DNA of 64,000 nt from Octopus vulgaris (Eukaryota). Where the stretch lies: positions 5,208,001 to 5,272,000 of the forward strand of contig OX597825.1 of assembly GCA_951406725.2 (NCBI GenBank), given 5' to 3'. This document shows, piece after piece, positions 40,018 through 52,690 of this stretch. The position numbers were made by a program, and so were the translations under genes. Position 1 is the first letter of the stretch. Each line of letters starts with the position of its first letter. Below the pieces are notes generated by a model that was given only the letters and a program-made list of their open reading frames with translations, made no database searches and was not told the DNA's origin.

Positions 40018-41733
40018 CTGAATTAGCTTGACTGCTTTACTAAACATATCTCATTTAATGCCTGAATGACATGAAAATACTTCCTGTCTGTAACAGAAAT
40101 AACCAGTGGAATACACCAAAGAATATTTTAGACATGACTCATATTTCAACAACTATATTTTACTTAATTTCTCAACTATTCTAGTTATTCATTGATTACT
40201 TTTCTCAAATATTGGCCTTTCAACAATTTCGTCAACATTTCACTTCAACTAACACCTGTATTTAACATAAAGAAATGATATATTTTTGTGTAGTTAACTC
40301 CTTCGCTTGCAGGTATGAAATCGCTTCAATAAAGTTTTGTAGTCGGGAATCTATAAATAACCGTTGCGACTATTAACAGACAAGTTCTTAAACAGCTGTG
40401 CATGGATCATTAAAGAATGGAATTCATCTAATTATGCAATAATAGATTAAACAAACATAGAAACTATTAGTGGCTAAATATATCGACTCTATGTAGTACA
40501 AGACTCAAAAGGGATTGGTGTGGGTATCTGGTGAGCAGCGCATATTATTGTTGTTGTTGTTAGATTATTTTACTAGATTATATTAACAGCTTATGGCGTA
40601 GAGGAATGGCTAAAACATACATATACGAGTATACACGTACAGCCAGTATATACATATGTGTGTGTATGCATATTTATATAGACACACATACGAACACGCA
40701 TACTCACAAACTGAGATGCTATTCGCCCTCTCATATATTTAATTAATTATACATTCACACAAATATACATTCACACAAATTATACTTTCACACATTCACA
40801 CAAATATATGTACTGAAGCATAAGGGATAATCTCAAAAAATTCACCCACATTTTGAATGTTCACGAACAGAAATTATATATACTAAGATAAAACAAAGTT
40901 TTATAAATCAACTTAAATATGACAAAAGAAGAATTTTATTAATTATCATAAATGATGGAGATCCTGGCTGTAATAATATTGACTGACTGGACTGCAAGCC
41001 CCACACATCATTAAATTCGGTATTTTGAGAGCATTTTCTTTCAAGTACCTGCTTTCATTTCATTAATTATTACTGGTTGTACATCATATTACTGATTTTA
41101 GGGGTTTTTTTCTTTTAAATATGGCCATTGATATGACGTCTGGTGACAGCCGGAGTATTTTATCCGCCCCACAGACTTTCATCAAGATTGGCCATATAAT
41201 GGCCTATCATAATGAAAAATGAAGGCACTTTATCTTGCTTGAATTCAATCCCCACTACATCCCGAAACACCTCGTAAATGCATGTCATAGCAGGTACCTG
41301 AGGCAAGCTGAAAATTACGGCACTAAATACTGTGTTATCAAAAGCAAAATGACATAACTTGAGATCGATGGTAAATTTCTAACAGCCCTCTCATCCCTCC
41401 TTCAGATCCTCAGACCATCAGAGTTATGTTTCTATTTTCTCTTCTCAATATCTCTGTTTCAAATTTATTTTTAATGCGAACAAAGGTTAATCAAGATAAT
41501 GGATCTATTCAAATTTGTTTTCAACACAGATTCTTTTTTCATTTCAGCTGCGTTCTCAAGCTTCCAGTTGCACTTTCAGATACATTTCCTTTCTTCAAAG
41601 GTCACGCTAATTTTAGCAGATTAATTGTAATGAGTTGCTACTGAAACAGAAGATATATTTAGCGAGTAATAGCTTGTCAAAATCCTGGATAAATTTGTGT
41701 GATATTCCATAAATATACATGTATATAAATATA

Positions 41734-42260
41734 CGAGGGTGAGTCAAAAAGTAATGCCATTTTGTTTAGGACAGGTATAATTACTAACACAGGAACATGT
41801 ATGATACATCAAAATGAAGCTTATTATGAGTTTATTGCTTATCCTTTTGGCAAAAAAAAATCGACCAGAATGACACCTTGAGCATCCCGAAAAGACAGTC
41901 ACCATGATTTTTGCAGCTGACTTTTGCGTCTCGAATTTTTTCGGTGGTGGTGACGTAGAGAGGCGCCAGTCCATCGACTTCCTCTTTGATTCCGGTTCAT
42001 AATGATGAACCCATGTTTCATCACCTGTTACGAGCCTTGTTGTCTCTTTGACTTTGCAGTGAAGAAGAGGCTCAAAGAACAGTCAACAGAATTTTACAGG
42101 GCAGGGATACATGCTCTCATTCGAAGGTGGGACACTGCTATTGAGAAGTAGGGATGTGATCCACAGAGGACCAGCTTCATTTTGATGTATGATACATGTT
42201 CCTGTGCTGGTAATTATAGCTGTCCTAAACGAAATGGCATTACTTTTTGACTCACCCTCG
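41734..42260. mobile_element. Rearranged mariner derivative with ~87-bp inverted ends
   Basis: TA|cgagggtgagtcaaaaagtaatgccat ... atggcattactttttgactcaccctcg|TA. Minus strand encodes RLVTGDETWVHHYEPESKRKSMDWRLSTSPPPKKFETQKSAAKIMVTVF; plus strand encodes AVKKRLKEQSTEFYRAGIHALIRRWDTAIEK. Confidence 0.93.
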
Positions 42261-42362
<102 letters not shown>

Positions 42363-42364
42363 AT

Positions 42365-42546
42365 GTCCCACAAGGTATTGTGTTAACCCACTCCTCTTCG
42401 TTCTCTACATCAATGACATTGTAGACGTTATCAAACACTGTACATTGAAAATATTTGCAGATGATTCCAAACACCAGAAGGCCATAAACAGTATGGGAGA
42501 CCGAACATGACTTCAGTCGGGTCTGTTTGCTGTTGTTTAATGGGCG
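42365..42546 (+). pseudogene. CR1/L2-like LINE RT fragment
   Basis: VPQGIVL / PLLFVLYINDIVDVIKHCTLKIFADDSK...*LQSGL...*WA. Confidence 0.9.
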
Positions 42547-42857
42547 TTTTCTTTCCTCAGTCGAGTTCCAGATTATCTTGTAATTTCGGTGGGTTATACT
42601 CTAGATTGCTCCAGTCTGGCCACCCCCAAGGAAAAACTAAGTTAAGAGCATTAGTTTCCTTGGAAGAAAGCATATAAGAAAACAAGGACGGATGTTTTGT
42701 TGTCCCATTTTTGTATCAAGTAACTGCCTGGATGTTTTGCGTTCTTGTCCAATTTTGTATTTATATATATATATATTATATATATATATACTTCCGTGGT
42801 TTAGAAGTATTTTGACGTTTATTTTTAGCGATGCATGTGTTCCTGTCGTACCCTTGT

Positions 42858-42893
<36 letters not shown>

Positions 42894-43861
42894 TCGAAAT
42901 CATGATATCAATTTAACCAGCATTCCTCTTGCAAACCTGGCGGAGGTAAGACGCTAATCTTGTGCAGGATTTTTATGTCTCTAAACCAGTTTGTCAATGG
43001 CGTGTACCTGTTTCTCACTTGCTAAGGCGAAATTCGTGCTTCGATATAAAGGAATAATATATTCACAGGTATTGTAGAAAAGATTGATCAGTCTAGAACG
43101 AAGTATCAAAAACTGCCGTTGCACCACAACAGCCAAAGATCAGTTTCACTGCCCTGTCCTACGTATTTCACACAATTCAACACTTGGTCAACAGAAATAT
43201 CTAAGTTCGCTCCCTTGTCCTATTTTCGAGTAATTTTCATTAGCATTAATGATATTTTTTATTATTGTTGTAATATCAATTGATAAAAATTATTCTAGTC
43301 TCACCAACTTAAGTATCGCAGCCTTAACTCTATGCTTTGTTCTTGTTTTTTTGTTTGGTTTTTTGGTTTTTTATTCATAATGAAGGCTACTCTGGCAAAT
43401 TTTCCAGATCCAGGAATGGCTGCTCTCTTAAGAAAATTGCTTCACAACCGAAGAATTTCGGATTCAATCAGAGGTAGCTTCTCCAGAAGTCTTGGCAAGA
43501 GCATTAGATTGACGAGACCATTGAAACCGGTGGTGTTGATTTTTCTGAAAAACCAAAATAAATCGAGATTCAGTTTTAGAATTTATAGTTGGTTGTTATA
43601 TTTATAGCCAAGAGCAAGAAAGCGGAAGAGAAACAGAAAGTGAAAGAGAAGAATATAGAATGTTAAAGGTTTTAGGGAGTTATAAGTGTTTTGGCAATTA
43701 ACTCAATGAGAAGGAGCGAGAGAGAGAGGCAGAGAGAGAGAGAAAGACAGAAGTTGTTAGAGAAAGAGAGACAGCGCGCAAGAGAGAGAACTAAGTCTTT
43801 TGGCCGTAGAGTTAGTGGAAGCTTCATGCCTTGCAGAAACGCTTTACAGAATTAATAGGAA

Positions 43862-44050
43862 GGCGGCGAGCTGGCAGAAACGTTACGTTCTGAGTTCAAA
43901 TTCCGCCGAGGCCGAATTTGCCTTTCATCCTTTCAGGGTCGATAAATAAAGTACCAGTTACGCACTGCAGTCGATGTAATCGACATAATCCCTTTGTCTG
44001 TTCTTGTTTGTCCCCTCTATGTTTAGCCCCTTGTGGGTAATAAAGAAATA
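43862..44050 (+). mobile_element. SINE family A, tail a (head partly deleted)
   Basis: ggcggcgagctggcagaaacgtta...gccccttgtgggtaataaagaaata; flanked by agaattaat repeats. Confidence 0.88.
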
Positions 44051-44456
44051 AGAATTAATTGATGTGAAATTAGCCGTAACCAGTTAACAAAACTGGGTCA
44101 TGTTTTTGGAAACTCCCAAAAGAAAAACGGGAAACGTGACATTCAATTTCTTTCCTTAGGGAGTAAGCAATAAATAATGACGAATTGGATATTGTCGTTT
44201 ATATTACTAATCAGCAAAAATATTGATTGATAACATTGAAACGACGCCGAATATTTGAAAAGTTGCTGAGATATATATTCAAAAGCTCAGAAGAATGAAA
44301 GCCTAGTTCGAATTCTGGTTACGGCAGTCTTTATGCATTTTCCTTACAGAATTGGAGTAGATTTAGAGAAATTGCATGAAATAACAGATTGGAGGTCAAA
44401 TACGGCAGAACTTCTATAGAAAACCTTGCAGAGTTGTTAATATTTACATATGTGAA

Positions 44457-44865
44457 AGCAGCGAGCTCGCAGAATCTTTAGCACGCCGTACAAAATGCTT
44501 TGCGGTATTTCGTCCGTCTTTACGTTCGGAGTTGAAATTTCATGGATGTTGAGTTTGCCTTTCATCCTTTCGGCCTCGATAAAATAAGTACCGAAATAAG
44601 TATAAAATAAAATAAAATAAGTACCGAAAATTACTGGCCGTGTGCCAAATTTTGAAATCAGTATCTACATATGTGAAGGCGGCGAGATGGCAGAATCGTT
44701 AGCACGCATCTCGTTCGCCTTTACGCTCTGAGTTGAAATTCCGCCGAGGTTGACTTTGCCTTTCATCCTTCCGGAGTCGATAAACTAAATACCAGTTGAA
44801 TATTGGGGCTGATGTAATCGACTTACCTCTCCTCCGAAATTACTGGCCTTGTGCCGAAAAATGAA
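44457..44865 (+). mobile_element. Two adjacent SINE family A copies, tail b
   Basis: Heads at about 44457 and 44677, each preceded by tacatatgtgaa. Confidence 0.82.
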
Positions 44866-44969
44866 ATCAGCTTATTCCATGTGTCATTAAAAATAAAAAG
44901 TAAAAAGTAAACCGACCTAACTTCGGGCCAACTTGAAAAGGTGCAGCTTCAGGAACTCTGCTGGTCTTC

Positions 44970-45340
44970 TTATCTTTTGTCTTTGACTTGTTTTCTAAAC
45001 AGCGGACATGCTGGAGCACCACCTTGAAGGGTTTAACTGCACAAACCGATTTCACTAATTATTACTTCAAGCCTGGTACTTTTTCTGTCGGTCACTTTTC
45101 GCCGAACCGGTAAGTTGCAAACCAACACCGGCTGTCAAGTGGTGTTGGGAAACAAACGCATTTAGAAAATCTCAAATATTGACATATACATACATATAAA
45201 TATGTATGTATGTGTGTATGTATGTATTCATATATGTGTGTTTGTGTGTGTGTGTGTGTGATATAATTTTATCTGTCAAATACACTCACAAGATCATATG
45301 TTTTGGAAGCAAGTTTCTCACTACACAGCCATGCCTGCCC
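44970..45340 (-). mobile_element. SINE family B (diverged)
   Basis: catgctggagcaccaccttgaagg...gccgaaccg...cacagccatgcctgc. Confidence 0.75.
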
Positions 45341-45564
45341 CTATCACAGTCCAGCCGGGGCTACAGAATATCCCTTCAAAAGTCGCCAGCAAGAACGCAA
45401 AAGTTCAGTTAGTCATTGCTACATGGAAACACTACATCAGTTTCGAAGTACATTTGGTAATCGAGGGACGAAAGACAGACGACCGGCATTTTGCAGCCAG
45501 ATTTAGATAACCTATAAATATTTATGATTCACAGTGTAGCAGCTGCTGTCTCACAGAATTTGGG

Positions 45565-45912
45565 GTGGCATTTCGTCTGCTGCTACGTTCTGAGTTCAAA
45601 TTCCGCCGAGGTCGACTTTGCCTTTCATCCTTTCGGGGTAGATTAAACAAGTACCAGTTACGTACTGGGGTCGATATAATCGACTTAATCCCTTTGTCTG
45701 TCCTTGTTTGTCCTCTCTGTTTAGCCCTTTGTGAGTAGTAAACAAATAGGTGTTCCGTCTGTCACTACGATCTGAGTTCAAATTCCGCCGAAGTCGACTT
45801 TGCCTTTCATTTTTTGGTGGTTGATAAATTAAGTACCAGTTACGTAGTGGGGTCGAAGTTATCGATTACTCCTCCCCCAAAATTTTGAGCCTTTTGCCTA
45901 GAGTAGAAACGA
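45565..45912 (+). mobile_element. SINE family A tandem (core-tail a / half-head-core-tail b)
   Basis: Junction aaataggtgttccgtctg at about 45744-45761. Confidence 0.85.
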
Positions 45913-45984
45913 ATATATGAATGCGAAAGAGATAGTTGAATAATTGTAAGCCTACTTTTGGGCCACACTATCTTCTGGCACTCC

Positions 45985-46217
45985 ATCGGAACAGTTTGCT
46001 CGTGAAATTAACGTGCAAATGCCCGAGGACTGCACAATCACGTGAGACAGAATGTGACAAGGCTGGCTCTTACGAGTACAGGTGGAACTCATTTTTATCA
46101 GCTTAGTTGTTGACAGAAGCTACATGTGATAAAGTGTCTTGCTCAAGAACACAATGCGCCGCAGGGTATCGAATGCACAATCTTACGATCGTGAATTGAA
46201 TGGCCTAACCACTTGGC

Positions 46218-46220
<3 letters not shown>
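45985..46220 (-). mobile_element. SINE family C2 (diverged)
   Basis: ggaacagtttgctcgtgaaattaacgtgcaa...aaagtgtcttgctcaagaacacaa...cctaaccacttggcca. Confidence 0.78.
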
Positions 46221-46248
<28 letters not shown>

Positions 46249-46254
46249 ATGTGT

Positions 46255-46578
46255 GTGTGTGCATGTATTTACGAATATATGTATGTATGTATGTATGTTT
46301 ATATGTATGTATTATGTGTGTATGTATGAATGTATATATTATGTATGTATGTTTATATGTATGTATTACGTGTGTATGTATGCATGTATGTATGTATTAC
46401 ATGTGTATGTATGTATGTTCATATGTTTATATGTATGTATTACGTGTGTATGTATTATGCATGTATGTCTGTATTATGTATGTATGTCTATATGTATGTA
46501 TTACGTATGTATGTACGTATATATGTATGTTTATATGTATGTATGTATGTATTACGTGTGTATGTATGTATGTATGCA
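46255..46578. repeat. Degenerate (TATG)n array with recurring tattacgtg units
   Basis: Direct inspection. Confidence 0.9.
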
Positions 46579-47089
46579 TAGATGGGAGAGAAAGAGACAG
46601 GGGGGGATTACGCGTGTGTTCGTAAGAGTTTTGATATTGCTAGCATAATAACAACAACCTCGACATTCTTGTAAGCGTGGAAACATGAGTAGCTACGCAC
46701 GTGGCTCATTGCAACTGGTGGGCGGCGATGGAACGACGAAGCCATGTTGATAGCGATACTCTAAGAGTGACAATTGTGGAGAAAATAACACCCAAGATTC
46801 TCACAGAACTTACTTGTCTGGCTTGAACTGTCTTTGATGTAGGAAAAAAAAAAGAAAAAAGAAATAGAATTCTTTATCATGTTTTATTTTGGATTGCTGT
46901 AGCTGAAACTGGAGATTTCGTTCTCTGTTCTTGATCTTTCTTTCTTTTCTTTTCATTTATAATTTCTTTTTATAGTTTGCTTTGTTCTTTTCTTTTGTTT
47001 GTTTTTTTTTTGTTGTTGTTTTTTTTTTGTTCAAATAAAATTATCTTGTACATCGTATGTGGCGCCTCCTACAAACGAGCCGAAAGTAT

Positions 47090-47535
47090 GACTGCTGCTG
47101 CTGCTACCACGACTACTGCTACTACTAACTACTACTACTAGTAGTAGTAGTAGTAGTAGTAGTAGTGTTGGTGGTGGTGATGGTTGTGCTGGTGGTGGTG
47201 CTCCTACTACTACCGCTACTATTATTACTACTATTACAGCTATTATTACTTCGACTATTACAGCTAGTGCTACTACTACTAATACTACTGTCTCTAGTTC
47301 TACTACTGCTACTACAAACACCCACACCACCACCACCACCGCTATCAACACTCGCACTATTACTCCGATGACGACAACTACAAACACCCCTACGACCACC
47401 TTCACAAACGAAATTACTACTACTGCTATAACCAAGATGACGCCGACTTCCTGCGCTACTAATACTACTACTACTACCACAACGACCACTTCTACAACTG
47501 CCTTTACAACAATCATTACCACCACCATCACCCCG
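47090..47535. repeat. Degenerate (ACT)n/(ACC)n trinucleotide low-complexity tract
   Basis: Direct inspection. Confidence 0.85.
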
Positions 47536-47684
47536 CTGTGTTGATGTAACAAAAACACGAATGATCCAACGAAGGATTATCTAGACAGGTCGTCGTTCTG
47601 CGAGAAAATAAAACAGCCAAGTCGCCCCATAAAGCATCAACTACTACTTATTAAAAGAAAAAAAGCCTAACAGGATTCATTGAA

Positions 47685-47807
47685 CATTATTTACATTTAA
47701 TGAATATTTATCCTCATCTTGTTTGTTGTTAACACAACGTTTCGGCTGATAAAACCTCCAGCCTTCATCAGGTGTCTTGGGGGAAATTTCGAAGCTGCGT
47801 TTTCATT
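47685..47807 (-). mobile_element. Family D tail fragment with intact hammerhead core (47731-47776)
   Basis: Minus strand: gacac-CTGATGA-a-ggctgg(aggtttta)tcagcc-GAAA-cg-TT-gtgtt. Confidence 0.85.
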
Positions 47808-48239
47808 TCATACATGCTTTCGTGGTAGACCTAGGGTCATTATTTTTGAGGGAAGTGGGTATAGTCGATACGAATGACTTCAATATTTAACTGGTACATT
47901 ATTTTATCAACCCCGGAAGAATAAAAGACAAAATAAACCTCAGAACTTAAAGGGCCGGAACAAATAACGCAAAGCATTTTATCCGACATCCACGCGATTC
48001 TACTAGTCACCATCTTTTGATGGTTTCTGATTTAGGCACAGGGCCAGTAATTGTCAGGGCGAGGTTTAGTCAATACCATAACTTTTTAAAGCTTAAGTTG
48101 TATTATATAGGTTACAATGTAATAACACTGTGTAACACGATTTCTGTCCTTGGGTAGCGACTGTTATTTCCTGTTTGCTTACCTCTAGAAATAAGGACAA
48201 ATGGCAAATGTCTCCTTCAAACTTTGCTTTTGTAATGAT

Positions 48240-48395
48240 ATTTATTCAAAACCCAAAGAATCCCTCCCCTATTACTCCTACTACTCCTGCTCATGATCAG
48301 AGATGCACATATTGTCATCCACAAGGCGACATGCTCAAGTGGTTACGGTCAAATAACTGACAAGCATATCTGTGCTACTGAGCAGAATATTTACT
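48240..48395 (+). mobile_element. Fragment of the repeat also seen at 49218-49603
   Basis: Shared ctgctcatgatcagagatgcacatat...gacatgctcaa...aactgacaagca...tgagcagaatattt. Confidence 0.85.
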
Positions 48396-48749
48396 ATAAT
48401 GATATTTCTACTTCAGCAACTCAGTGCTGAATCTGTCTGAAATGTAATGGAAAATAGATCAGTTTCACAACTATGATGTCCAGGTCATAAAAGCAAAGTC
48501 TGAAGGGAATTGTAGGAATTTCTTTTGGTTTCTGGATAGACACAAATAGAAAAAAAGGCTTACTGACCAAAGACTAAAAAATAAACAATACGTTGTTACA
48601 CAGTTTATTTTGGATCTAATTTCGGCCACTCTTATGTCTCCATCCTGTTTTCGGTAATAAAACTCTAAGACTTTACTATATATAGTTTTTCTTTCTTTGG
48701 GAGTAGCTATTTGGTAAGAAATTTGCTTCACGAAGACATGCATCAGAGT

Positions 48750-48851
48750 TCAGTCCTTCCACGAAGTGATACTTTGGGTAAGCTTCCTCTACTATAATCT
48801 CGAACCAATGAAAACCTTCTGATTAAACTTTGTACACATACACATCTATGT

Positions 48852-48902
<51 letters not shown>

Positions 48903-48910
48903 ATGTGTGT

Positions 48911-48953
<43 letters not shown>

Positions 48954-49135
48954 CTGTCTGTGTCTTTGTGTTCGTGTTTGTCTCCCACCACCGCTTGACA
49001 ACCAGTGTTTGTTCATGTTACCGTGACTTTGCGATTGCGCCCACAGAGATTGATAGAATAAATATCAAACTTTAAAGCATAACAATTGGGGTCGATTTTT
49101 GCGACTAAAACCCTTCACGACCGCAGACCAATGAA
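48750..49135 (+). mobile_element. SINE family B (diverged) with internal (TA)n
   Basis: ctttgggtaagcttcctctactata...ccaccaccgcttgacaacc...ggggtcgatt. Confidence 0.75.
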
Positions 49136-49139
49136 TAAG

Positions 49140-49217
49140 GTTGGTGCAGACGTTGATACACGATCATGCGTTACAGCTGCAACAATGATTATTGCAATTC
49201 CAACAGGAATTAGAGTA
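49140..49217 (+). pseudogene. cox1: NUMT: mitochondrial cytochrome c oxidase subunit I fragment
   Basis: Translates [26 protein letters not shown] versus conserved COX1 [26 protein letters not shown]. Confidence 0.9.
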
Positions 49218-49603
49218 GGTGGGGCCCAGTTAGAATTTTCTTCTGGTCGAGTAACCCAGCCCGCTCAAAAGGTCCCTGAATAAGGGTTGTTTAAGGATGT
49301 TGGACGAAACACCCATGTTTCCAGAGGTGAATTATTAAAACCCCAAAGAATTCCTCTCAACACACGGCTATAATGCTCCCCTACTACTTCTGCTCATGAT
49401 CAGAGATGCACATATCGTCAGCCACTAAGGGACATGCTCAACTGGATAAGGTCAAACAACTGACAAGCAAATCTGCGGTATTGAGCAGAATATTTGCTGT
49501 AGCCCATCTTTTATACCAAGACAAAACAATGTACATGATAACACTTAGAATCAGTTAAGATCAAAAGCCATGGGAGCCACTGCCTGGTGCTGCATCAGGG
49601 CAT
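49218..49603 (+). mobile_element. Probable 3' end of a non-LTR retroelement ending in (TTA)n
   Basis: Second partial copy at 48240; ends ctgcatcagggca followed by (tta)n/(tga)n. Clade not assigned. Confidence 0.6.
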
Positions 49604-49622
49604 TTATTATTATTATTATTAA

Positions 49623-49682
<60 letters not shown>

Positions 49683-49953
49683 GATGATGATGATGATGAT
49701 GATGAAGAAGACGGCGAAGTGCCAGAAGCGTTAGCGAGCCTGACAAAATATTTGACAGCATTTATTGAGGCTCTTTACGTTCTGAGGTCGACTTGTCTTT
49801 CATCCTCTCGGGGTCGATAAATTAACTACCAGCTGGTCGTGTAATCGATTTGCCATCCTCCTTTCAAAGTTACTGACTTTGTGTCTAAATTAATAATCGT
49901 TATTATTGTTAGTGTTGTTGTATAAGCTGTTAATTAAATTTAAATCACATTTC

Positions 49954-50436
49954 TTTTCGCATTGCAGTCATTTTGATTGACCTCTGCCTCCACTTATTTC
50001 CGAAATTACTTTATTAATATTTCTTTTTAACAAATTTACATATCAAACATTAGAGACCATGTCATATTCTAGCATTTTATGATATGAGCAGAAATAATAA
50101 ATTATCTTTCAAGAGTAGCAGGTTGTCACTTGAAACGTCCCCGAGACAACAGTTGTTAATTTTTGTTTTTAATTACCAACCAATAACGTCATTAAATCGT
50201 GGAAAAACCCCCAATAAAACCTTCATAACGGCATTTTCAATGTATCATTTTGGGGAGAAAATGTTTCTTCACAAGACTATTCATTATAAATATACCCACT
50301 CGAATACACGTGTGCATACACGGTATTCTCTCTGCCCTTTCACTTTCTTACACACACACATGCATATACATGTGTTTATGTTTAATTTACTTGTTGTTTG
50401 TTTTTGTTACAAGGACTTGTGTTTATGCCAAGGTCA
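49954..50436 (+). repeat. Local direct duplication, copy 1
   Basis: Homologous to 51984-52510. Confidence 0.9.
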
Positions 50437-50647
50437 TTAGAGGTCTAAGTAATTCCTCTTGCAATCAATCATTTAGCTGGTGACCTCCATTAATGGCTGA
50501 TCGAAGAGAGTAAGTTGAAGTCAGCTCAGAGTCCCGTCTGCGAAGTTTGCTTCAGACTGGACTCAGCTAAAGACACCCAAGACCCAAGCAATGGCCTTAA
50601 ACCGGAAAACGGATTAGGAGCGCCATTTTCTACAAAATATAATACCT

Positions 50648-50877
50648 ATTTCTTTATTACCCACAAGGGGCTAAGCAAAGAGGGGACAAACAAGGACAGA
50701 CAGGAGGATTAAGTCGATTATATCGACCCCAGTGCGTAACTGGTACTTAATTTATCGACCCCTAATGCATGAAAGGCAAAGTCGACCTCGGCGGAATTTG
50801 AACACAGAACGTAACGGAGGACAAAATACCGCTAAGCATTTCGCCCGATGTGCTAACGTTCCTGCCAACTCGCCGCC
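50648..50877 (-). mobile_element. SINE family A, tail a, with 21-bp TSD
   Basis: TSD tttctacaaaatataatacct at 50627-50647 and 50878-50898. Confidence 0.93.
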
Positions 50878-51271
50878 TTTCTACAAAATATAATACCTTC
50901 AACTGAAGTATAGAAACTTGAACGTAGTCTCTCCATTCCATGATTCGCAAAAAAAGCTTGCTTTTTGGTTTTACATCAGGCGTGAGAATCTAGACAAAGT
51001 TTCGATATCCGGTAGAACTGTTTAGATTGCATATACTAATATAATCATTGACATTAGGGCGGGGGGTTAGTAGGATCGTTAGCACCCCGGACAAACTGCT
51101 GAGCAGCATTTCGTCCGTCTTCGTGTTCTGAGTTAAAATTCCGGCGAGGTTGACGTAGCATTTTCATCCTTTCGGAGGTTGATAAGCTAATGATGTAATC
51201 CACTTAGCCCCCAACCCACGAAATTGCTGGCCTTGAGCCAAAATTTGAAATCATTATTATTGTTGCAGTTG

Positions 51272-51610
51272 AGCGAACGTCCCAGAGCTCGCAAGATGGG
51301 AGAAGTCCGAAACGTGGTCCTTTGCTATTCGTAAGACCCGCAGAAGAGAAAGCAGGTCAACCCCCGACACCGAGAGCATCGACAGATGGATGAATGCGCA
51401 TCGAGGCTCTGCGGTTCCGTAGGAAGTCGGGGACAAGAAACAGGAAGAAAGACTGAGAGAAAGTTGGGGCGAAAGAGTACAAAAGGGGTCGCCACCACCC
51501 CTCTGCCAGAGCCTCGTAGAGCTTTAGGTGTTTTCGCTCAATAAACACACACAACGCCCGGTCTGGGAATCGAAACCGCGAGTCCGCTGCCCTAACCACT
51601 AGGCCATTGC
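51272..51610 (-). mobile_element. SINE family C head with alternative tail 2
   Basis: Head ctttaggtgttttcgctcaataaacac...gagtccgctgccctaaccact; tail unrelated to tail 1; flanking ttgcagttg repeats. Confidence 0.85.
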
Positions 51611-51983
51611 AGTTGTGGTTCCATGACTACTATTATGAAGCTGGCAAACCGCCAGGACCATTAGCGAGTTCGAGAGAATGCATGACGGCATTTCCTGGGG
51701 ATCTTTACTTTCTGAGATAAAATCTTCTGAGTGGATGAAATGTCCACTAGATTACCATGTAAACTATATGCCCACCGCCTTTCAAAGTTGTTGGTTTTCT
51801 GTTTAAATTGGTAACCGTTATCGTTGTTATTATTGCATAAACTAAGTTGGCGAGCTGGCAAAATCGTTAGAACGACGGGCAAAATGCTTGGCGATATTTC
51901 ATCCGTTTTTACGCCCCGAGTTCAAATTCCACCGAGACCGACTTTGCCTTTCATTCTTTCGGGGTTGATAAAATAAATACCAG

Positions 51984-52510
51984 TTTTCTCATTGCTGTCA
52001 ATTTGATTGACCTCCGCCTCCACTTATTTCCCAAATTACTTTATTAATATTTCTTTTCAACAAATTTACATATCAAACATTAGAGACCATGTCATATTCT
52101 AGCATTTTATGATATGAGCAGAACTAATAAAATACTTTACAAGAGTAGCAGGTTGTCACTTGAAACGTCCCCGAGACGAAATAATGATAACAATTGTCAA
52201 TTTTTTGTTTTTAATTACCATGCAATAACGTCATTAAATCATGGAAAAACCCCGCAATAAAACCTTGATGACGGCATTTTCAATGTGACATAATGACAGA
52301 AGAAGAGTTTCTTCGCAAAACTATCCGTCATAAATACACATGCCTCCGTACATATGTCCATACACCGTTCCACTCTCTCCCCCTCCACACATTCTTACAT
52401 ACACATGCATATATGTTTGTGTGTGTGTTTAATGCACTTGTTTTGTTTTGTTTTGTGTTTTTGCTTTTCATGGGTGAGGAGCACAAGGACATGCATTTGA
52501 GCCAAGGACT
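51984..52510 (+). repeat. Local direct duplication, copy 2
   Basis: Homologous to 49954-50436. Confidence 0.9.
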
Positions 52511-52585
52511 CAGTGTTATTTTCATTTTTGCGTAATTCAGACGACAATTTAGTCACCGCACCCTGTACGTAGATATATATATATA

Positions 52586-52690
52586 TAATACACCGATGAT
52601 TACGTAATGTGCAAAATAATAAATAAAATGTATATATGTTGTATATATTTTATTTATTATTTTGCACATTACTTAATCATCGGTATATTA
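52586..52690. repeat. ~105-bp palindrome
   Basis: taatacaccgatgattacgtaatgtgcaaaataataaataaaat versus attttatttattattttgcacattacttaatcatcggtatatta. Confidence 0.9.

Noticed and set aside
47031-47558. Val-rich minus-strand ORF and Thr-rich mucin-like plus-strand frame
   Set aside because: Explained by decayed trinucleotide repeats; no start, splice or domain support.
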